The position numbers were made by a program, and so were the translations under genes. From NCBI RefSeq assembly GCF_006345805.1, contig NC_043002.1, positions 105,896,001 to 105,960,000 on the forward strand: 64,000 nucleotides of DNA. Reading direction: 5' to 3'. Each line of letters begins with the position of its first letter. Position 1 is the stretch's first letter. Below are positions 55,470-64,000 of this stretch, piece after piece. The stretch comes from Octopus sinensis (lineage: Eukaryota). Below the pieces are notes generated by a model. That model worked only from the letters and a program-made list of their open reading frames with translations. It was not told the DNA's origin and did not search any database.

Positions 55470-56390
55470 GAATAAAAAATGGAGTTAACGCAGGTGTAAT
55501 CAAATATTTTTACTTTCGACACATGTTTCGAAAATTCCACTGATACTATTCAAAAGAATAAATGGTATAAACAATGCAATCTTCTCCTCAGGAAAGTCAA
55601 AAAAACTCGTCAATAAGACATTTTAGCAAAAAATGATGGATTTGTATAGCGATAGACAGAACGCTATTAATATTGTTTAAAAAAACGTTATGTGATATAA
55701 CGTCATAAGTAGCTAACAGAAAGAGTAGGGATATTAATAGTGAATGTTAAATATAAAGGAAATTAAAGTTTAAATTATATATAATGATAGAGACTACTTA
55801 TATGCACTAAATGTATGTTTTTGCCAATGCTTACATCTGTATGCTCGCTCTATAACCGTGTTTACTAGAGTATTTTTAGAAAAAATAATGAAAAATAGCT
55901 CAGAATTGCAGAGAAGACAGAATTTCTTGCCTTTGTCATATGGTATCGAAATTGAGAGGATCAACCATTCTAAATGAAATTGTTCATTGTGGTCTTTTAA
56001 ATCCCAATCAGTTTGCTGAGACCGGTACTATTCCGTTTATTTCTATCCCTAAATGTTGAGTAATGGATAGAATTCTTTTAGATAACTCTAACGATGTACT
56101 CCCAATGTAAAATCGTACTTTATTACGAGTACTGATTATACACTGGTATATAGAATTTTTAATCTTAGAGTTACTTGACATAAACTTAATTCTATTGGAA
56201 TTGACTTCAGATACAATAACCTTGTTATTAATATTTCTAGAGGGTTGGATGGTATTAGCTAAATTAATGTTAGTATTAGTAAATGTATTAATATTTAACA
56301 GTTTGTTATTATGAGAAGATATAATTTTGCTGCCCTGGTAACTATTTATTTTTTTTCTGTGTTAATTGTTAACAAGGTAAAAATACACTC
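55470..56390 (-). mobile_element. Naiad-type PLE 3' end: GIY-YIG endonuclease plus pseudo-LTR
   Basis: About 56152 to 55800: IYQCIIS...FYIGST...KR / HYSTF...NSTGLSKLI / LKDHN...LEWLIL...PY...CLLCNSE...RCKHW (two frameshifts), followed by a hammerhead. Confidence 0.85.
55512..55597 (-). ncRNA. Type I hammerhead ribozyme, canonical core (predicted)
   Basis: ACUUUC CUGAGGA GAAGAUU-(44 nt)-AAUUUUC GAAA CAUGUG UC GAAAGU: 6-bp stem I, 7-bp stem II, 3-bp stem III, GUC cleavage between 55518 and 55517. Confidence 0.85.
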
Positions 56391-56415
56391 ATCTATTTAT
56401 ATGTATATATATATG

Positions 56416-56452
<37 letters not shown>

Positions 56453-56686
56453 GTATATATATGTATATGTATATATGTATGTATATATGTATATATGTAT
56501 ATATATATATGTATATATGTATATATATATGTATATATGTATGTATATATGTATATATGTATACACATATGTATATATGTATACATATATATGTATATAT
56601 GTATATATATATATGTATATATGTATATATATATATATGTATGTATATATATGTATATATGTATGTATATATATATATGTATATAT

Positions 56687-57474
56687 ACAGAAGAATTGCA
56701 ATCCCTGAGTCAAAATCCGTGCGTGACCTGGGCATTGACATGAGCAATGATGCATCTTACTAATTTGGTGATAAAATGCAGACGGCTAGCTGGATGGATT
56801 CTCCGAACCTTCAGAACAAGAGAGAAGGTGACACTGATGGTCCTGTGGCAAACTTTCATCCTCAGCCGCTTGGACTACTGCTCCCAACTATGGTCACCAC
56901 ACAATATAAAGCTAACAGCAGAACTCGAAGCAATTCAAAGAAGCTACACTAAGAAGATCGTCTCAATGCAACATAGCTACTGGGAAAGACTGAAAGTGTT
57001 AAAACTCTCCTCCCTAGAGCGAAGGCAGGAGAGATATGCGGTGATTTACATCTGGAAAATCCTGGAGGGTCTTGTCCCAAACTTTGGCATTCAAAGTTAC
57101 CCCAACCGCAGAACGGGGCGCCACTGCATGGTGCCAAAGATTCCAACATCACCTTCAAAATACAGGACCAGATACTGCAACAGCTTGGGTTTCAGAGGAC
57201 CACAGCTCTTCAACATCCTCCCTGAATGCCTGAGAGACTTGCATGGTGTGGATGTGGGTTTCTTTAAAACTAAACTGGATCTCTTCTTGTCGGGGGTTCC
57301 AGATGAACCTACCTCACGGCAGGAGACACAGATGCGAGCAGCGGCATCGAACTCCCTTGTTGACCAAGTGCCACCTATCAGAGGTGGATTCACATATTAG
57401 TGTAGCTCATTCCGCGGTGGTGCCCCAGCATGGCCGCAGCCTTCGGGCTGAAACATTTTTAAGGATTAAGGATT
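56687..57474 (+). mobile_element. CR1/L2-group LINE 3' end with 3' UTR and (AAGGATT)2 tail
   Basis: [16 protein letters not shown]...LSRLDYCSQLWSP...LERRQERY...FKTKLDLFL...SNSLVDQV, stop at 57400, UTR stem-loop, short tandem tail. Confidence 0.92.
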
Positions 57475-57510
<36 letters not shown>

Positions 57511-57997
57511 CATATATATACACATATATATATATATACACATATATATATACACACATATATATATACACACATATATATATACACATATATATATACA
57601 CATATATATATATACACACATATATATATATACACACACATACATATATACATATATATATATATACACACACATACATATATATACATATATATATACA
57701 AACACACATATATATATATATATACACACACACATATATATATATAATAATATATACACACATATATTTATATATATACACACACACATATATTATATAT
57801 ATATATACACACACACATATATATACATATATATATATATACCACACAACATATATATAATATATATATAATATATATACACAATATATATATAGATATA
57901 CACATATATATACACTATATATAAATATATATAGATATATATTACACATATATATATATATATACACACACACACATACACCAACACACACACACAC

Positions 57998-58051
<54 letters not shown>

Positions 58052-58309
58052 TATATAACATGTGTTGATAAATATTTAGAAATTCTAGACACATATACGC
58101 ATGCACACCCATTGTGTACATTCACAAATGAAATCAATGAAAGAGTAACCAATATATTTAGTGAACAACCTCTTTATTAGATTACGTTTACATGCATCCC
58201 GAAAGATCTCACACGAACGTAAACCTAACTCTCAAAAGAATTCCATGATAATATATATTCAACCATACATACATATATGTGTTCCTCTGTGTGTGTGTGC
58301 GTGTTTAAT

Positions 58310-58450
58310 TTCTTATCTCTTGTTCCAGTCCTTTGACAGCAGTCATGCTCCGGCATCTCCTTCAAGAACTTTTAGCAGAACGAAACGACCTTAGTACCGA
58401 CATTTAAGCCTGGTGCTTATTCTATCGGTGTCTTTGCCGAACCGCTAAGT
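58310..58450 (-). mobile_element. SINE family B, 3' half
   Basis: Reverse complement of cttagcggttcggcaaagacaccgatagaataag...gcatgactgctgtcaaaggactggaacaag. Confidence 0.7.
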
Positions 58451-58479
58451 CGTATATATGTATATATATGTATGTGTGT

Positions 58480-58690
58480 GTGTGTTTGTGTGTCTATGTT
58501 TGTCCCCCTAGCATTGCTTGACAACCGATGCTGGTATGTTTACGTCCCAGTCACTTAGCGGTTCGGCAAAAAGAGACCGATAGAATAAGTACTGGGCTTA
58601 CAAAGAATAAGTCCCGGGGTCGATTTACTCGACTAAAGGCGGTGCTCCAGCATGGCCGCTGTCAAATGACTGAAACAAGTAAAAGAAAGA
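58480..58690 (+). mobile_element. SINE family B, 3' half
   Basis: gcttgacaaccgatgctgg...ggtgctccagcatggccgctgtcaaatgactgaaacaagtaaaag. Confidence 0.85.
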
Positions 58691-58703
58691 AAGAATATAT
58701 ATG

Positions 58704-58734
<31 letters not shown>

Positions 58735-58824
58735 GATATATAAAATATAAATATATATATATGATATATAAAATATAAATATATATATACGATATATATA
58801 ATATATATATAGTACATATATATT

Positions 58825-59220
58825 GGAGGCGTAGGAGTGGAAAGTAGCTTACTTAAGAACCACATGGTTCCGGGTTCAGTCCCACTGCGTGGCACTTTGG
58901 ACAAGTGTCTTCTACTATAGCCTAGGGCCGACCAAAGCCTTGTGTGTGGATTTGGTAGACGGAAACTGAAAGAAGCCCGTCGTACATATGTATATGTGTG
59001 CGTATATGTTTGTGTCTCTGTGTGCGCCCCCTCCCTCAAAAAAAATCGCTTGACAACCGATGCTGGTGTGTTTACGTCCCAGTAAACACACGGCAAAAGT
59101 GACCGACAGAATAAGTCCAAGGCTTACAAAGAATAAATCCTGGGGTCGATTTGCTCGACTAAAGGCGATACTCAAGCATGGCCACAGTCAAAAGACTGAA
59201 ACAAGTGAAAGAGTAAAGAG
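58825..59220 (+). mobile_element. SINE family B, near full length
   Basis: Head ggcgtaggagtgg...ccgggttcagtcccac (B box) through tail cagtcaaaagactgaaacaagtgaaagag. Confidence 0.88.
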
Positions 59221-59409
59221 TAATATAATATATATATAATACATATAATATATATAATATAATATATATGATATATATAATATATATAAATATATATATA
59301 TTTATATAAATATAATATAATGTATATTATATATATAATATATATATATAATATATAATATATGATATACATATAATAATATATATATATATAATATATA
59401 ATGTATATA

Positions 59410-59570
59410 ATATCTGCAGCTCTTGGTGGTCCAAATCGGAGGTGCAATCTATGTGGATGTCTTTTCAGAACATTGGTTTAAAAAGTCACATCAGATGCCA
59501 TAATGGTTCTAAGGTGTAGGTACAGGAGGTGGTCAAACTCTGCATGAGTAGATAACCACCATACACACAT
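59410..59570 (+). mobile_element. RTE LINE extreme 3' end (C2H2 finger plus UTR)
   Basis: CNLCGCLF..IGLKSHIRCH with one frameshift matches RTE CxxCxRxFxxxIGLxSHxRxH. Confidence 0.7.
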
Positions 59571-59585
59571 ATATCTACACATACA

Positions 59586-59915
59586 TATATATATACAACG
59601 AGCTTCTCTCAGTTTCCGTCTACCAAATCCACTCACAAGGCTTTGGTCGGCCCGAGTCTATAGTAGAAAACACATACCCAAGGTGCCACGCAGTGGGACT
59701 GAATCCGGAGCCATGTGGTTGTTTTCCCCCACTCCCCAATCACTTGACTACTGATGTTGATGTGTTTACGTCCACGTAACTTAGCGGTTCCACAAAATGG
59801 ACCGCCAGAATAAGTACTACACTTACAAAGATTAAGTCCTGGGGTCAATTTGTTCGACTAAAAGCCGGTACGCCAGCATGACCGCAGTCGAATCCCTGAA
59901 ACAAGTAAAATAGTT
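59586..59915. mobile_element. SINE family B with inverted 5' half
   Basis: 59586-59712 is the 5' half on minus; 59720-59915 is the 3' half on plus. Confidence 0.8.
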
Positions 59916-60588
59916 AAAGGATATAGATAATGAATATACATATATATATATCATGTATATATATATATATATATATGATATATAGATATATAATGTGTGC
60001 ATATATATGTGTGTATACATATGTATATATAATGTATGTATATATAATGTATGTATATATATATGTGTGTGTCTGTGTGTGTGTGTCTGTGTGTATGCAT
60101 AATAAACATGTTACATCCAATCATTCAAATTGAGTTTCGGTTAGTGCCATTTTCATCGGCTGCTTATATTTACGGACTTCGACTAAAAATAAGTCTAACT
60201 TTTTTTATGTAGCATAAGGCAACCATGATACCATCAACTTTTTCGTACTTCCAACACGAGTGGGTCTAATGAGCATTTTTGTATTTTACAACCACAAAAT
60301 GAATAAAAGCAATATATTTATATATAGTATATTCAGTCTACGTTCTACAAGACTATGATTATACATATTGAGCATTGGTGTTTTACGCGAAAAATAAACC
60401 CACGTCTCTCCATACACACACACGTGTACGCGTGTTTAGACACCCACACAGACACACACACACATGTACGCATGTGCACACACACACACAACACACACAT
60501 GTGCGCGTGTGCACACACCCACACACACACATATCTGTGTGTGTATATATATATGCATTATATATACATATATATATACACATGTACG

Positions 60589-60661
<73 letters not shown>

Positions 60662-60746
60662 GCATGTGTATACACACACGCAAACAAACATTTACAATAC
60701 ATATATAAAACATACATAACAGAATACTCCGTCTCTCACCCTACAG

Positions 60747-60828
60747 ATGGCCTCAGGGAGTATTTTGGCAAGTTCGGAGAGATAAAAGAAGCAATGGTGA
60801 TGAAGGACCCAGCTACGAAACGATCTCG
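60747..60828 (+). CDS. msi: Internal coding exon of a Musashi/Rbp6-family RNA-binding protein (RRM1)
   Basis: Polypyrimidine tract and ctacAG acceptor, GTAAGT donor. Phase 1 to phase 2 translation (D)[26 protein letters not shown](R) matches Musashi [28 protein letters not shown] and the Rbp6 EAMVMKDP motif. 82-bp size and phases agree with the equivalent vertebrate exon as recalled. Confidence 0.93.
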
Positions 60829-61204
60829 GTAAGTTGATCTTCGCTCTGCTTTACTTTGTTCTATATTAGAAAAAATACTACCATATAAATCACTACCTAC
60901 ACTATTACCATTAAAGATACTACTACTACTACTACTACCGTCACCACTTCTGCTACCAAAACTAACACCACCACTTCTGTATAATTTATATCACCCACCG
61001 ACTCCACTTAACTCCTACCACCACTCTATAGCTACCATCACTACAACCATAACTATTACCACTACATTTATTTCTAGTATCATCACCACATCTCTATGAC
61101 AACTATCATTACCACCACCACTACTGCCACTACAAGAATACTACCAATTCACTCATCACTATTACCACCAATATAATATGTGGCTGCTCTCGGACTTTGC
61201 TTTT

Positions 61205-61440
61205 TATGGCATGTTGCTGTTGTTGTTTAGCTTCAATGCAGTCCTGATTGAATATACCTATGATCAAAGGTATTCCGACCGCTACCATCACTTTCGTATA
61301 CGTGAACGTGCGTGTGTATCAGGGATATCACAGACTAATGTCTCCTTTTATTGTTGATAACGAAAGGATTTGATTTAAGGATACTTGGCTGCTATTTCTA
61401 AGTGGCCGAACGACCATGTAGAGGCATCCTCGTGGGTTGT
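61205..61440 (+). repeat. Interspersed repeat family C
   Basis: gttgttgtttagc...cctatgatcaaaggtattcc...aaggatacttggctgctatttctaag. Confidence 0.55.
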
Positions 61441-62529
61441 TGTTTCGGATGTTCTAGTAACACAGACCAGCACCAGTTCAACAGTTCAGCCCCTAAACCA
61501 GTAAACATTTTGCAGAAAATCTCCAATCACCATGTCATATTTTTATGACAATCATGCAAGCTTTCATAACATCCTTACTACAAAATACTCCTCTAATTTA
61601 AATGAACATTCCCCCGCACCTGATCGTGCTTGTGTGTGTGTGTGTGTGTGTGTGTGGTGTGTAGGTGAGTTGTATATATGTATAATTACATAGACATATG
61701 TATGTTATATATACTGCATGTGCACAAGTGAAATGATGTCATTTACGTCCAAACCCATTACATTCAAGTATATGCACATATGTGTGTGAGAGCGCGCGTG
61801 CGCTTCACTTTGGAATATGTACATATATAAATACATTATTACCTAAACGTATATAGCAACACAGATATATACACACACACACACATGTATATACATATAT
61901 ATACACACACATATTCCCCTGCGCCTTGAGCACCGTGGAAGACAGACATACAACTGAGTGATAGTTATAGACATGCGAGGGCGTACGTACATACACACAA
62001 TTTTACACACACACATACACACACACAGAACGATGAGGAAAAGACGATGAAAAATTGATGCTATACCATCACAGCAGCTTCACTGCTTCACTACACGTCT
62101 CTACCTATTTGTCTTTACATCTCTTTTTAGAGAGAGATCTCTTTCTCCATCGTTCAGTCTCTAGTTCTATCTATCAATTTATCGTCTTGTCTTTAATTGG
62201 CTGGCTTTCTCTTATATGTAGCACTCCCTTTATATTTCCTACTCAACATTCCCTAAAGAAACAAACACATTTGTCTAATTCGTAATATAAGTTTCTGAGA
62301 TGCTCCATCAGGAGCGACATGAAGAGCCACGAACCAGCGAGGGAGCGTCTGAGCTGTTACTTGCACTGTTAGAAATAGCGGCCAGATTGCCTTCAAATTA
62401 CACAGTCTACCATCTTAAAACACCAAAAAAAAAAAATGAAAGGAAACGTTACGTCATTAAATCACTGAAATACGGAAAAGATAGAACGAACACGGCTCGC
62501 TAAAAATACCACAGATTGTCATGCAAGAG

Positions 62530-62800
62530 ACAAATTTTCAATTTTGTAAGCTCTTGATAGCTTACAATATATCGTTAGAGCTCTACGAAATGTACTCAAG
62601 CTACGGCCCAAACCTTAGAGCAATGCTACACCCGCACTACGAAAAATACCGTTTCACAAGAGCCAGAACATGCTTGCCTGCCCAAGACCAACAAGAGCTT
62701 TCTGCACCTGTCTATCAGTATTTGGGAAAAAATTCCAGAAACTGTGACAAGGATTATCTCAGTCGAAGAGATTAATACTTTTAAATATGGGGTGTATAAA
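62530..62800 (+). mobile_element. Old CR1/L2-type LINE 3' end
   Basis: LIAYNI...LRA...RAR and NKSFLHLSISIWEKIPETV...INTFK resemble LIxAYKI...RGH...FFSxRVxxxWNxLP...FK. Confidence 0.45.
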
Positions 62801-63459
62801 CACTTTTAGCCTCTCACTGTCAGAAATGAGTGAAATAATGACTGGCACGTTGGAAATCTATAACATACAAGGCTATTGTTCACAAGTGCTCGACATAAAT
62901 CTGCCGTGAAATCCTAGATAGTCAGCTTCAGATATAATATTTGCAAGTATTGATTAATGAATACAAATACATTACTCTACATCTGTATCGAGCGTTAATA
63001 TGTTTTGGCATGCTTGATATTATTTATCAAGCATAATAGGATGTAAATATTTGGGTATGTCTGCGTGTGTGTGTGTGTGTGTGTGATCATTAAATTCATA
63101 ATTAATTAATTTAGTAATTAATTATGGTGTTAATGATGTTCTCTGGCTATCAGATGTGGTGTGTTTACATCCATAAATTGGCATTTCTTCCTGTATGTGA
63201 GCTTTTGAATGCGTGTGGACATATAAGTGAATGCACACAGATGTGCATGTATGTGTGCGTAGTTATGTACATGTATATACAAATATGTAACATTCATATA
63301 AAAGTTGTTATAACTGTTGTTGTTGGAGGGTAACGCATTGCATAATGTGTATTATATATACATATATATTCATATATATATATAACTTAGAATAACTTAG
63401 AAAGGTTTTTGGCCAGTATTGGCCCAGGCCATGTCTAACTTAATAGCACCACCTGGCTA

Positions 63460-63503
<44 letters not shown>

Positions 63504-63680
63504 ATATTTGTGCTTGTGAGGCATATGAACGTGTGTTCATGAGTGTGTGTGTATAGTAGTGGGTATCTGTAGTAAATACATGGGAGATAGATATTCAATT
63601 TCAAAGTTATTACTTGCGGCAAATATATTGAAAAAGATTTTATTGAATAAAATATATGCTCCTCTTTATCATTTAATAAA

Positions 63681-63711
<31 letters not shown>

Positions 63712-63910
63712 AGCACGCACAATTTATATATGCTCAGTTAAACATTTCCACTCAGTATTCAACTAACTCAAAGTGCCTGTCAGTATTTCCACGAAATTCA
63801 GATTCAATCAAAGTACCACAGCTCAGCTATTAAATGACTGGCGGCATCACGACGAAATTCAAACGTAACAGTTAATTAACTTTGATGCATATGCAAGAAG
63901 GCACGGACAA

Positions 63911-63941
<31 letters not shown>

Positions 63942-63958
63942 GTGTGTGTGTGTGTGAG

Positions 63959-64000
63959 GCGCAATGGCCCAGTGGTTAGGGCAACGGACTCGCGGTTTCG
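63959..64000 (+). mobile_element. tRNA-derived SINE head, truncated by the window end
   Basis: ggcgcaatggcccagtggttagggcaacggactcgcgg: A-box TGGCnnAGTGG directly after a (GT)n tract. Confidence 0.6.

Noticed and set aside
55800-56160. Selenocysteine-encoding Naiad
   Set aside because: The CxLC and CxH cysteines are TGT/TGC; no in-frame TGA at those positions.
46640-56390. Naiad RT and Naiad endonuclease pieces as one interrupted element
   Set aside because: Both are on minus, where RT should lie at higher coordinates than the endonuclease; the order is reversed, so they are separate insertions.
60747-60785. ATG at the exon start as a start codon
   Set aside because: That frame stops after 12 codons (TAA); the Musashi frame is phase 1 after an AG acceptor.
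63959-64000. tRNA gene (also heads near 11300, 26850, 52340)
   Set aside because: Only A- or B-box-like parts and no complete cloverleaf; consistent with SINE heads.

Overview
Repeat-saturated, AT-rich animal genomic DNA. The SINE families and microsatellite load look like octopus (coleoid cephalopod); this is recognition from memory, not a database result. Only one host coding exon is supportable: an 82-bp internal exon at 60747-60828 (+) encoding part of RRM1 of a Musashi/Rbp6-type RNA-binding protein. The neighbouring exons were not found, so most of the window is probably one very large intron or upstream region. A 100-N scaffold gap at 28014-28113 means the left 28 kb may not be contiguous or correctly oriented. 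The rest is microsatellites (source of nearly all ORF-track entries), tRNA-derived SINEs, CR1/L2-like and RTE LINE fragments, DNA transposon relics (Merlin, maT/mariner, long-TIR Tc1, Tigger, MITEs), Helitrons and many Penelope-like element (PLE) relics. Strongest theme: PLE pseudo-LTRs carrying hammerhead ribozymes. These include one with a fully canonical core (55512-55597, minus), a three-copy family with an atypical U6 core, and fold-back elements, one with an arm starting at the predicted self-cleavage site. Intact cores lie antisense to Musashi while sense copies are mutated. Also notable: a covarying 3' stem-loop shared by a LINE and a SINE, two 5'-inverted retroposon structures, and several long hairpins. 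PLE hammerheads are a known class; I found no clearly new protein-coding system. All alignments were done by eye and most repeat boundaries are approximate (about 20-50 bp).
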